A DNA stretch of 64,000 bases, taken from the NCBI GenBank assembly GCA_973895155.1, contig OZ316893.1, positions 10,235,660 through 10,299,659 of the forward strand, in the 5' to 3' direction. Source of the DNA: Marsupella aquatica (lineage: Eukaryota > Plantae > Marchantiophyta). Position 1 is the stretch's first letter. Every line of letters starts with the position of its first letter. The notes under the pieces are model-generated. The model did not search any database and had not been told where the DNA came from. It was given only the letters and a program-made list of their open reading frames with translations. Positions 1-12,400 of the stretch are shown here, piece after piece. A program made the position numbers and the translations under genes.

Positions 1-141
1 ACACCGGAAGAATTGAAAGCAATCCAAGACGCAGTGCCACAGAACGAGGTGGCAGGAGATCGGTACCCAGAGAGTCTTCTGGCGCACACTTGGATTCACA
101 TCAACAGCCCTCCGCTCTCTTCCTGGACAGGAGCTCAGTAG
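1..141 (+). CDS. 3' end of an aldo-keto reductase (plant AKR, auxin-induced PCNT115-like); gene begins upstream of the window
   Basis: Frame 1 reads TPEELKAIQDAVPQNEVAGDRYPESLLAHTWIHINSPPLSSWTGAQ* (TAG 139-141), matching the characteristic plant AKR C-terminus (LTxEEL...VAGDRY...TPPLSSW). Confidence 0.8.
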   Translation, partial: TPEELKAIQDAVPQNEVAGDRYPESLLAHTWIHINSPPLSSWTGAQ

Positions 142-1564
142 GAGTGGGGCGAATCTCAGTAAACTTTGTACTATTGTTGAGCGTTTTGCCAGGTTGTGTA
201 GACAAAGGACTGAGGCGGACCGAGATGCTGACATAGTTTCTCCGATTTTGCAGCAGACTGTTTAGTGATTGCTGGAAATACCACCATCAAATACGAGGAC
301 TTCTCAACACAGCGAAGTTGGACATGTCAAATTGTCAATTAGCTGAAGAATCTTCACACTTAATTGAGCATGAGAACGTTAGTCCATATTGACAGTCCAT
401 TTTAATAACAGAACTCACCTGAGCTGTTGATTGTAGGTCCCCAGCACTATGTGCCAAGGCAACGTATCAAAATATTGTGTGACATTGCAGTGATGGAGGT
501 GACCCTCTGTTAATTCTGTGGGCGATCTTTCCTTTTTTTCCCCCTCCCCCCCCTCCAAAGAAAGAAAAACGAAAAAGCTTGCTCTTTGTGGATCTAAGTC
601 AATACATTAGGGTGAATTGGCATGCGCAATTCAGTACCAGGGACGTATAGAGTGAGAGGAATCCAAAGCACTTGGTTTGTTATTTTTTTTCTTCTTCTGT
701 ATTTGTAGGTGAGGCAATGGCTATGAACTTGTTAAATTGTTCCTCGAAAGGTCTGCAGGGAAAGTATCAGGGAGCTATAACTTTTGCCAGGGTGAGGGAG
801 TTCTGTCCATAGAAGCTTACATGGACAGTTTCACTAGTATCAAGTATATATCAAAGTGCGAAAGGGCAAAAACACCAAGGGAGACAGGGTCCAAAGGCAA
901 AGCAACCCAATAAAGGGAAAGAAACAGAAGAGGGAAGGGCCCCAATAAGAGCCAAGAGGTGAACAAGGCAAAGGAGTCCCCCATCACAACCTAGGAACAA
1001 CAACAAAAACCAAGAACCCCCAAAGGAGCAAGGAAGACTAAAACCCTACTCTGAAGTAATTGTGTACTGAAGTTAATTTGTACTTCAAATGTCATCTTCT
1101 CCATGGGGATATAGGCTGGAGGAAGGGCATTACCTTCCTCAATACTCTCCCATGCTATGGATCCTTGTAATTGGCCTGCACTGCTCTGCTGCATTGGAAT
1201 GGAGAAGGGACAATTTAGGGAACAGGTGAGGTAGGCTATATCTTTTGTCCAAGTTGCACAATCATCATGGTTGGTTCTCACCAAGTTGGCCTGGAAATCC
1301 CCTCTAAGTTAGTTGACACCCCTAACTTATGGCAAACTTATATCTTATCTATAATGAATAATAGAGGACTAATCATGGACACCTTTACTCCTTATATGGT
1401 GCATGATGACTTACAAGGTGGTCAATTACTACTGTCCCTAATCAACCCTGGTTTCACAATAATGAACATAGTTTTCCTGAAATTGTGAGGCAGGCTAACA
1501 TCGCAATGGATAAATGTGAGAAAAGGGAACGTTTGGACACTTCCCTTGTCATAGTGCTACCGTC

Positions 1565-1907
1565 TGTTGAGCAAAGATGACATTTGCAACGGCAAGCCCA
1601 TGAACCATCCAACAAACAATAGTCGACACAGAGAGATACGTGATTCACCTCCACATGAGGCTACGTCCACGGGAACACACAAGAGCTTTACTGCACTCTA
1701 GGCCAACCGGCCATACCAAGCATCCACAGCACAAGCTCTCCCAATCTCTCAACTAGCTCCGTAACAATGAGCCTAAGTTCCACCAGGGTCTGGCATCAGC
1801 CCTGACTATATGCACAACAGCACTACCGCTAACATTAGCTAAGTCCTACCCGAGTTAGACTAACTGTGGTTAGCTCATGAGTCACAAGACTAGAGCAATA
1901 TCTAACA
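1565..1907 (-). repeat. 3' LTR of copia copy 1 (343 bp)
   Basis: TGTTGAGC...TCTAACA; about 9 substitutions plus 1 indel versus 7635-7978 (counted by eye); polypurine tract adjacent. Confidence 0.96.
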
Positions 1908-1918
1908 AACTCCCCCTT
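1908..1918 (-). promoter_or_regulatory. Polypurine tract of copia copy 1
   Basis: AAGGGGGAGTT on the minus strand immediately before the 3' LTR. Confidence 0.9.
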
Positions 1919-2114
1919 GACTCTTGTCTTGGGGACTCGACTCAATGCTACCATATGGAATCCTGAGCGGGAAGTTCTAGACAATCACCAAACCAGGTCT
2001 CCCCCTAAAAACCACAAGGGTTAACTAAGGGTTAACTAGAACTAAGCCATAGCCAAACAGGAATAAGTAATCCATATACAAATAGTCACACATTGTTAAA
2101 TAACTCTACTTGCA

Positions 2115-5100
2115 CTACAATTGTAAAACCTGCAAAGTAGCACGGTGTCTTGAGAAACTCTCCAAATGAATCACTTTGATAAAGGCATTAGCGGGATTGA
2201 GCTTTCCATCAATCTTGACTAGCTCAAAAGTTTTATTAGACACTGCTTGTCTGATAAAATGGTACCTGATATCAATGTGCTTCACCCTGCTATCCATCAT
2301 CTGGTTAGCAGCCAAGTGAAGAGCACTCTGACTATCACAATTTAGAGTCATTTTGCCATGCTCTAAACCTATCTCCGCGATCAACTTGTCCAACCAAATT
2401 GCTTCCTTTGTTGCTTCTGCTGCAACATACTTTGCTTCCGTAGTAGACTGAGATATGCACTTCTACAAGGTAGATTTCCAACTGATACATCCTCCTCCAA
2501 GAGTATATACAAACCCAGTTGTAGACCTCCTTGTATCCAAACAACCTCCATAGTCAGAATCTACATAGTCAACTAACATTCTATCTGATCTGTTATCAAA
2601 TAGTAATCCATAGTCCTGTGTTCCCTTCACATACCTGAGAATCCATTTCACAGCTTCCTAGTGTACCTTCCCTGGATTTGACATGAATCTGCTAACCTTG
2701 CCCATTGCTAGGGCCAAGTCAGGCCTAGTACAGGTCATCAAATACATCAGACTGCCTATTGCCTTCTCATAAGGAATCTTAGCCATCAGACCTTTCTCCA
2801 CAACATCCGTAGGAGAGAAAGACGGTGATAACTTTAAATGTGAAGCTAAAGGAATACTCACTGGCTTACAGTTTTCCATGTTGAATCGTGCAAGGACTTT
2901 TCTCGCATACTGGCCTTGACTCAAGCACAACTGTCCAATATTAGAGTTCCTAAAAATCTCCATCCCTAAGATCCTCTCCGCCTTACCAAGATCGTTCATC
3001 TTGAATTCAGCACTCAATTTCGCCTTGAGACTGTCAACCTCAGATTGATCTTTAGCCACAATCAGCATGTCATCCACATAGATCACTAGAATAATGAAAC
3101 CAAATACTCATTCTTGACTGATTTCGTACACACACAAGGATCATACACCATCCTTGTAAAACCTTGAGCAAACATGAAATCATCAAACCGCTTGTTCCAC
3201 TGTCTGAGAGATTGCTTCAATCCATACAAGGATTTGAGCAATCTACAAACTAAGTTCTCTTGGCCCTTCTTCATAAAGCCTAGTAACTGTCTCATGAAGA
3301 TCATCTCTTCCAAGTTGCCATAGAGAAAAGCAGTAACAACATCCATTTGATCCATCACCAGACCAAAAAACACAACAAGCTGACACAAGATTCGAATTGT
3401 GGAATACTTAGCCACTGGTGAAAAGACCTCATTGTAGTCCACTCCTTTCTCCTGAGTGAACCCCTTGGCAACTAGCCTTGCCTTGTAGATTTTATCTCCA
3501 CCCTCTAAAGGACTGCCCTTCAACTTGTAAATCCACTTGCTGTCCACCACTTGCTAACCTCTTGGAATCTCCACTAGTTCCCATGTCTTGTTGTCACTCA
3601 AAGATTGCAACTCTCTCTACATTGTTGCATTCTACTCATGCTTCTGCTCTGAAGCACAAGCCTCACTGTACGAAGAAGGCTCTCCTTCTTCCAAGATCAA
3701 AGCCATGTCATCATCATCAGGTGCAATGTCAATATCATCTAGCTTAGATGAGTCTGCCCATTGACCATACCTGGTAGGAGCTCTAGTAGAACGACTAGAA
3801 GTTCTTCTAGTAGATGACTCAGGCTGATCTGCTGCTGCTGTTGGTTGAATTTGAGGTACCCTAGCAACAATTTGCTCTTCTTGTTCCATCATAGGAACCA
3901 GCTCCAAGCCCGGAGCTTCTCCATCTCTCCTGTCATGAATAGCATCATGACTAATCTCCCCCTCAACCGGGTCCGGGATGGGAGATTTCCCCTTGTCAGT
4001 ATGGGAGTCCTGTGAACTCTCCCCCTCCTTTGATGATCTGGACTCATTAAAGGACACATCTCTACTGACAATTAGTTTACAGGTTACTGGATCCCATAAC
4101 CTATAATCTTTCACACCTTTCTGATAGCCAAGGAAAATGCACTTCTTCGACTTGGACTCCAGCTTGGATCAAAGCTGGGAAGGTGTAAGCACATAAGCAT
4201 CACATCCAAAAATCCTCAGATGTGAGTAATCTGCTGGACGCTCGTACCTCATTTCAAATGGCGTGTTGAATCCAATAGAACTGGATGGAGAAAAATTTAC
4301 CAAATAAGCTGCAGTGTTGACAGTTTCAGCCCAAAATTCATGTGGTAAGCATGATTGACTCAACATACTCCTCGAGCGGTCACATAGTGTTCGGTTGAGT
4401 CTCTCAAAAACACCATTCTGCTGAGGAGTATAACTTGTTGTGAGATGGCGGGTAATCCCCTGCTCCTTACAATATGTTCCAAATTCACCGGAACTGTATT
4501 CACCGCCGTTATCCGATTGAAGATATCTCACCTTATTACCAGTCTGATTTTCAACTTGGGCTTTCCACTCCTTAAAAGTGGCAAAAACATCAGACTTATT
4601 GTGTAGAAAGTATATCCACACATACCTTGAGTAGTCGTCAATGAACGTGACATAGTATAATCGTCCAGAATGTGAGGGAGTAGGGGCGAGACCCCACACA
4701 TCACTATGTACATACTCAAGTACCTCCTTGCTGGTGTGAGTTCCAACTCCGAAGGGTTTCCTGTGCTGCTTCCCTAGCACACATTGCTCACAAAATTCCA
4801 ACTTACAAGATTGCAAATTAGAAAGTAATCCTTTCTTCGGAAGAATAGCCAAACCTTTTTCACTCATGTGGCCCAAACGAAAGTGCCACAGCCGGGTCGT
4901 CTCCTCATAAGATAAAGTTACATTGGCTTCATCACAAACTACACTGCTCTCCAAAATGTATAGATTGCTATGTCTCTTTCCCTTCAATACAACTTTAGTA
5001 CCAGTTGAAATCTGAAGGACACCATTAGCAGAACTCCACTGATGGCCATTTGCTTCTAAAACTCCAAGTGAAATGAGATTTTTTATCATGCTGGGAATAT

Positions 5101-6384
5101 GTCTCACATTTCTCAACGTTCTCACAGCACCATCAAACATCTGAAATCTAACAGATCCAAGTCCAATAACTTGACATGGGATTCCATTTCCCATCAACAC
5201 TGAACCGTTGGAATCTGTGTAAGAACTGAAAAATCTCTCCTAGAGCAAATGTGAAAAGTACATGCACTATCTAGAATCCAATCATCACTACCTAGATTTG
5301 ACAGTACGTTGAGAGCATAACCTTGACATCACAATATGTCATCATCATCGAGTAACTCTATCTCATGTGAGCTCGATGCCGCGTTAGCAGATGCAGTAGG
5401 GACCTTTACTCGACAATCCCTTTTCATGTGGCCAGGCTTGCCACAATTCCAACATGCGAGAGGCTTCCTCTCTTGCGATTTCCCTTTGGATTTAGATCTC
5501 CCCTGTGATGTAGATCTAAACCTATTTTGCCCATTTGAGCGCTGTGCTGCTCTCCCACGATTCACGTTCAGCGCAGTGCCAGAAGAAGATGCTATTGTGA
5601 TTGACCCAACTTCTTCTGAGCATCATCAGACAGTAAAGAGCTCACCACCTCATTATACGAAATGGACTTCCGATCTCTACACAAGAGCACTTGTTTCAAG
5701 CCCTGATAAGACGGCGGTAAGGAGCTTAGCAAAAGCAAGGCCTTATCCTCATCTTCAACTCCTTTTCCCAGGTTTGACAGATCCACCGCTAGACTGTCCA
5801 ACTCATCCAGATGATCCTGCATCTTGCTCCCTTCCTTGAGCCTGAGGCTCATCAAAAGAGACTTCTTATACAGCCGGTCTGACGCATCTTCCCGATAGTA
5901 CTTCTCTCTTAGAGCCTTGAACAATGACGCGCAATCCGCATAATCATCCAGCTGCTTGATGATGTGCGGCTTGAGATATAGCATCACTGCATTGACAATA
6001 ATCACTTGCTCCTGTCTTCACTGCTTCTTTGAGATCTCCTCTTCTCCATCATACTGCTCTCGCGAAGAGAGCAAATGAGCTAAGCCCATGGCCCAAAGGA
6101 CACCCTTCACTTGCTTCTCCCACAACAAGTAATCAGTACGACCATTGTACTTCTCCACCTCAAACTTCACTCCTCCAAATCTAGCCATCTCGCTCTTCTT
6201 CCCCACTACCGATAGCTCTGGTAGTAATACAGCTTCCTTCACTGCACGCCGCACCAGTGATCGTACCGGTGACACTAGTTCTTCCTCAAACAGTAGTAGC
6301 TCCTCCTCAGAACTCTTCGTCTGACCGTCGCGATCCTGAAGCTCCACGGACACCAATTCTTCCAGTATCCTCCGAGTCACTCAT
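2115..6384 (-). pseudogene. Disrupted gag-pol of copia copy 1
   Basis: gag with CWNCGKPGHMKRDC knuckle; protease WILDSACTFH; GAG-pre-integrase LWHFRLGHMS; integrase VHSDVWG, SDNGGEY, ERLNRTL; RT YKARLVAKGF, QMDVVTAFL, YVDDML; RNase H YVDSDYGG, KHIDIRYHF. Broken by several stops (e.g. 6018, 4169, 3632, 2658, 2463) and frameshifts. Confidence 0.95.
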
Positions 6385-7620
6385 ATGAAACAATCACGAA
6401 AAAACGTCTTTTTTTGAAACTTCTCATAAAACTCAAAACTCAACACCGCTGCGTAGCCCATGAAGCTAGGATTCCAATACTGAAAGCCGAAATCAAAATC
6501 AAAATTTGATGGTAAAGTTATTCAAATTTTGGTCGGGGTGGGTAAAACCTTGGGTTGGACGGCAAAAAAATAGCTCTATGTTTTTTTGGGGAATATTCCC
6601 GTACAGTCTGACAGGTCTCATAGGGGGCCGTTCCCCCTGTCAGAGCGATTAAAACAAAGGGCGACAGGTCCCGACACCAAGTGAAACAAGAGGGAGGAAT
6701 AAATGCTAAAAATGGGGCCTAAAGGGGGCCCTTAAGTCCCTTAAAACCAGAAGAAATACAGGTATAAAAAAAGGCGACGCGAGGCGGGCCTGGCACCGTT
6801 GAGGGTCAAGGAGGGGGAAATACACGGCAGTATCAAGCGGCTGCATACGCACCCGTGTATATTTGCAGGGCCAGGCCGAGGGCAAAAAAATAGACAGTCG
6901 CTGCCGCAACTCGCGAGGGTCCAAAAATGACCTTTACAAGAAAAATTCAATTTCTCACCTTGGCCGCCGCTGTTTCCAACAAGAAAAATGAACGCCGCCG
7001 ATGGTGAATGTGGCCGAATTTCACCGGCACAGTTTGCAAGCTTAGCAGAGACTAAACTTTTTGTCGCGTCGCCTTCACTCCGCGTCAAGTGCCAATCCCG
7101 GGCTCAAAACGACCGCCTCGCCGCGATCAATCTGTTGAGCCGTAGTACTTTGCGTTTCTTCCACTGAGTTGGACGTCACGAAGAGAAACCCGGTTTAGAT
7201 GAGAACAAGCTCCATAGCTTGTGAAAAAACCTGAACGCCTCCTTCACTTGTCACGACACACTCGGTAACAACTCGACAGCAATCCAGCTACCGAAACGAC
7301 CAACTTGCTTCAACCTTCAACTTAAGCTATAATGTGCGATCCCCCGAACACCGCACAGCTCACACTGTTGAACAACGCAAACTCTGGTCTCTCCCCCGAA
7401 AACCCGTCGAACATGAATAAAACTTGAACGACGCAAACTTTGATTCCTCCGCACCACGGATACCGATCAGCGAGTTCTAATCACCGTTAGAAAGCCCTCT
7501 CACTAACCTATCCGCTCAGCCACACACATTCGAGTTTCATGCGACGAAAATCCGAATGTACCATCGACAATGAATGCTGGAAAAACCTGTCATGAAAAAA
7601 CCTCGTCACCTCCCAAGCAT

Positions 7621-7632
7621 GCTCTGATACCA
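7621..7632 (-). promoter_or_regulatory. Primer-binding site (tRNA-iMet) of copia copy 1
   Basis: TGGTATCAGAGC on the minus strand, 2 nt from the 5' LTR. Confidence 0.95.
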
Positions 7633-7634
7633 CT

Positions 7635-7978
7635 TGTTGAGCAAAGACGACATTCGCAACGGCAAGCCCATGAACCATCCAACAAACAATAGTCGACACA
7701 GAGAGATACGTGATTCACCTCCACATGAGGCTATGTCCACGGGAACACACAAGAGCTTTACTGCACTCTAGGGCGACCGGCCATACCAAGCATCCACAGC
7801 ACAAGCTCTCCCAATCTCTCAACTAGCTCCGTAACAATGAGCCTAAGTTCCACCAGGGTCTGGCATCAGCCCTGGCTATATGCACAACAACACTACCGCT
7901 AACATTAGCTTAGTCCTAACCCGAGTTAGACTAACTGTGGTTAGCTCATGAATCACAAGACTAGAGCAATATCTAACA
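7635..7978 (-). repeat. 5' LTR of copia copy 1 (344 bp)
   Basis: Direct repeat of 1565-1907, adjacent to the primer-binding site. Confidence 0.96.
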
Positions 7979-8822
7979 CCTTCTTCCCCCGAACACAACG
8001 CCCGGGCGCTATATTCGAATAGTGGGCCAAGGGGCGCTATATTCAAATAGTGCACCCTAGGCGTTGTGTTCAAATTTTTTGACATGGGTTTGGATTTTTT
8101 TCACTAGTGAAGTTGTGTTCGAAAATGGCGTTGTGTTCAAAAATAGCATTGTGTTTGAGTTTGACGTTGTGTACAAGGGTAGGAGATTAATGTATTGTGT
8201 AAGCACTAACTGAAGTCTTAAATAAAGTGTTTGGGAATGTGTAGGTAATTCAAACACTGGAATTACACAAGGGAAGCTAAGAGAACAGACCTTGCAAATC
8301 ACAAGTATCATAAATTTGTGACAATCAACAATATTCTAAAAATTGTTCCAAAACATCACTATTGTCAACTTAGTGCATGTCATACCATAATACAATTGTT
8401 TGGTTGCCTCAAACAATAAAAAATGTCTAACAGCACAATAAAACAACATAACCAAGGAGACTTGGACAAGTTGTCTACTATGTGTTCTGAGCTTTTGCTT
8501 GATAAATTGTTGCTACATGCTGCAAAACCTATGGACTGCCTACTTCATTTGTTCAGTTTCAAATGTACATTACCTACCAAAATATGATCTCACATACAGC
8601 CAACGCCAACACTGGGCTGCGCCAACTTTGAAAGTATGTGCCAACTTCAAACACAACGCCAAAGCTGCACTAACTTTGAACATAACGCCAAACTCAAACA
8701 CAGCGCCCGGGCGTTGTGTTAATCCGACGCTGTGTTTGAATAAAAACCACTTTTTATTTTTAGGGCCCAAAAAAAGTCATATTCGAACACAACGCCCGGG
8801 CGTTGTGTTCGGGGGAAGACAG

Positions 8823-9043
8823 TAGTGGTGGTTTTAGTGTAGACTTGAAAAAGCTCTTAAAACATCTCAGGTAGAAACTCTTACGAAAATAGCAAGAGAG
8901 TGATTGGATAAATGTGAGAAAAGAGGGAAAGTTGGACAATTCCCTTTTCATAGTGCTACTTTAGTGGTGGTTTTAGTGTAGACTTGAAAAAGCTCTAAAA
9001 ACACCTTGGGCAGGAACGATTACGATATTAGGGAGAGAGTGAT
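8823..9043 (+). repeat. Approximately 139-bp tandem duplication; a partial earlier unit lies at 1508-1559
   Basis: TAGTGGTGGTTTTAGTGTAGACTTGAAAAAGCTC at 8823 and 8962; GGATAAATGTGAGAAAAG...CATAGTGCTA at about 1508-1559 and 8906-8958. Confidence 0.75.
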
Positions 9044-9235
9044 TTTAGTCTGCTGAAAATCATACGCATTAATGGCGTTTCTGATCATTCTGCCAACGAA
9101 ATATCACCAAGAATGCAAGAGCTAGCCTCTCCCGAATTCCGCTCAGTACAGGACCACCGTTTCCGTCCTCGAAAGGCAATTTCAACGAACAGAGCTTAGC
9201 CTCCACTTCTGCTGATTGATTCCGTATTGCTCATC

Positions 9236-9370
9236 AAAACGAGAAGCAAAGGGAGAGAAAGAGAGTTCCACACTGGTCTTCAGAGAGAGCGAGAGTAGGG
9301 AATTGCTCCTCAAACGAGAAGCGAAGGGAGAGAAAGAGAATTCCACACTGGTCTTCAGAGAGAGCGAGAG
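9236..9370 (+). repeat. Tandem duplication with about 75-bp period just upstream of the methyltransferase start
   Basis: AAACGAGAAGC(A/G)AAGGGAGAGAAAGAGA(G/A)TTCCACACTGGTCTTCAGAGAGAGCGAGAG occurs twice. Confidence 0.85.
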
Positions 9371-9403
9371 AATTGAGAGCGAGAGTAGAGAAGCGATGGC
9401 CTG

Positions 9404-12400
9404 ATGGCTCGAATAATGATGAATTGCTGCTGCTCACTCACCGGTGGGTCATCCGCAAATTGGCGAGCTGGAGGGCCCAGCTCTGAATCCCGTTCCGAGT
9501 TTCTGTTGTCCAGGCAGCAGGTGCTTCTTGGGAGGAATGGGAGCTGCGCAACAGCTGACCTTAGCTCAGCTCTCTCGTTCTCGTTCTCGTTCTCGTTCTC
9601 TGGAAGAAGTAGGAGCAGCCCATTGGCAGGTGCCAGAGAGCCCAGAGTCCTTCAGCTGCGATGCAGGGCTGCTCGGACCAGTTCCAGAAGCTCTACATTT
9701 CCAAAGAGAGGAGAAGATACAGGAGCGTCAGTGACAGAGAGACGGAGAGACGTTTCGAACGATACTGAGCCATGGAGGACCAGGAAGTCTTGGAACCGGG
9801 GTCCGTCCGAGAGCAGTGGAGTAGACGATGAGAGTCTTGGCGTGAATGTGTCGCCAAACTCGAAGCCTCTGGTCTTTAGAAGCAATTCGCGTCATACACA
9901 TCAAACGGGATCTCCGAGAGAAGTATCTCAACGACTTGAAGCTGGTGGTCCCCGGAAGAATCAGGCTGGTGGTGGCGTGAGCTCCAATTCAAGTCTAGGA
10001 TGTGAGCATTTTTCAAGGTATATATCTTCACAATGTCCGTGTCCTAGTATGGATCCAGATGATCTCCGTCCAAGGAGTTTCAGTAACGTGCTCATGTCAT
10101 GTCCTGGGACGTAGAGCTCCAAGGAGTGCGTTGGGTTTGTCTTGATAATCGTTTCATGTAGAATTAAAAAAATTAATCGAATTGTTGATCTCCATCCTCT
10201 GCAATCTATTAACCAAAACGTCTTCCAAGAAAATAGACATGTCATCGCGGTCATCTGCCCGAGTTTCGATGCTTTGATCAACTTCTCAGCCAGCAAATGG
10301 GTTTTGGGCTCAGGGTTTAGCCAGTGGGTTGATAATTATCAACTCTGTGCCACAGTTTATTGGGCTCCCATCGGCAGGACTTCTGTAGTTTTCGTATCAT
10401 GAAACTCTATCTGACGTCAGAAAGAAATGGTTTAGGGTTTAGCCTGAGGTCGCATTCAGCGTCGTTTCAAGTGTGGAGGTGCTCGGTACAAAATTTGGGA
10501 CCCAACGAACACGTCATAGGGGGATTTTTGGTAATACTGCACGATGTACATATATATGTATACGTCTCATCCCTTTAAAGTTCCAATTTGACTATAGTTT
10601 AAGGCAGGATTTGTCTACCGTCTCACATAGGGAAATAATTCAGATGGATTGCTGTGATTACCTTTGGCTTTGTTGCACATACCATCTGGAATGCCAATGC
10701 CTACCGTCGGCACTTTCTTGGCTGACTTGAAGCAATTAAAGAATTTTGTCGTTTTGCTCTTGTAGGTGTTCCGGCTGTGTCATTGAGAATGCCCTTGATC
10801 GGCCTCCTGTCCTTCAAGATGCCGAGCAATTTTTCAAAAGTTACGGAATCAATGATTTTTCCCTGACGTCAGGTAGCTTGGTAAGGGACGTGAATTTAAG
10901 GGTTGCTTGGGAAACTGCTCGAAGCCCATCTTCACTTTCGTCCACTGGATTTGGATTATGTTTTGTAATGGAAATGCAGTAAAACATATGGTAACGATGA
11001 TGATCTAACTTTTACTTATGTGCCATGGTTGCGGCTGTTACAGTGGGAATGGAGATGCAGAGCAAAACTTGCAGTTAGAGGCTCGTCAGAAAACCCAGTG
11101 ATTGGTCTGTATGAGGAAGGCAGCCACGTTAGTGTGGATATTCCAAAATGCCGTAGTGAGTGATCTGTCCACCTTTCGTCTACTGCAATCACCATTTATT
11201 GCATGGCTGGCTATCTAGTTTCTTCCTAAAAATCAGGGTCCTTAAAAGCTGCGTGTAAATGGCTGATTGTACACAAGTCCACGCACGCCTGTGCACGCGT
11301 TTGCAATATGCTGATTAGTTTTTCTGTCTAAAATGCAGCACATCATCCGAGAATCAATGCTGCAGTTGAGCTTGTGAAAGAAGGTGAACCAGTCTATTGC
11401 CTGCCTTTATTATGAAATTTTGAAAATTGAAATATCCTTTCCTCGAAAGTGTGTTTTTGAGCAGGTTAAGTGAAAGCCGATTCCTCCGGTGGACTTGAGT
11501 ATTAGAATCGGTGAGTTGTTAGATTCCAGTGATATTTTTGAAGAACGCTAATATTTGAAACAGGAAAGGGCTACATGTGCGCCTTCATTCCACATTTTGA
11601 GGAAATAATGGTAACGAATGTACATCTCAAAAGTTGTGTTTAAAATCCTGACGGATATCAGTCTCTGGTTCTCACAGTGCCAGCGATAATACCTTTTCTA
11701 TTGGTTCTAACTGCATCATAACTTTTGCAATGCGCGGACTATAGTAGGACTTGTCCAGTTCGTAAGTATAGATATGTCACAATTGTCCAAGAGTTAGAAA
11801 ATTGCAATTTCTTTGCAAGCATGTCAGGAAGCTTCCAATCTCGCTGGAAATGTTTGGAAGTCATATAGGTGTCAAATATAATGTTTGCATCGTATATTTT
11901 ATGCTTACAGGTGGGATAATTCGTGTTTTATCTTGGAATTGTATGTTGAGGACTGTCATGGTCTCATTGGTTTTCACCTGACGGATGCAGCAATTAAGAT
12001 ACTTGGCATCGACCCTTACGACGAGGAGTCAGGGTCGGGCCACCTGAGATATGTTCAGGTAGATATTGATCTGTGAAAGCATCACGTATTGTGCAATTGT
12101 TCGGTCTGTCTGGCCAAGCGTAGTACCGCTTAAGAGATGTTATAGTTCCGTATGCAATTTGATGCATGTGAGCATGCCTTGTGACTACATTCTCATTCAA
12201 AGGAATTTTGCATGATTCTCAAATCAGACCGCCAGCTGACGCCATGCATGTCTATATCTGTTAATATAAGATAAATATTTCTCATGGACCGCTTGTTTTC
12301 TGTAGTCAAAGGACTGAGGTAAGCTTTCAATTTTTCCTCTATTTTCTCTGTTTTTTAGATTGGCAAGCAAGAATATCACGTAGCCATTGATGGTGGATTA

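Larger units (their letters stand above)
1565..7978 (-). mobile_element. Ty1/copia LTR retrotransposon copy 1 (Tork/Tnt1-like), full length, decayed
   Basis: TG...CA LTRs at 1565-1907 and 7635-7978, tRNA-iMet primer-binding site, polypurine tract, target-site duplication CCGTC/CCTTC (1 mismatch). Domain order gag(CCHC)-PR-INT-RT-RNaseH with several stops and frameshifts. Confidence 0.97.
1560..8822. mobile_element. Non-autonomous Tc1/mariner-superfamily (pogo/Tc2-like) MITE of about 845 bp, split by the copia insertion (pieces 1560-1564 and 7979-8822)
   Basis: Removing the copia gives left end TA|CCGTCTTCCCCCGAACACAACGCCCGGGCG. The right end reverse-complements to TA|CTGTCTTCCCCCGAACACAACGCCCGGGCG. 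TA at 1558-1559 and 8823-8824. Many internal GTTGTGTTC/GAACACAAC sub-repeats; no transposase. Confidence 0.8.

Noticed and set aside
5336-5839. Plus-strand ORFs antisense to copia gag/pol (also 3478-3747, 20115-20384, 21974-22481)
   Set aside because: Shadow ORFs of the retrotransposon coding strand.
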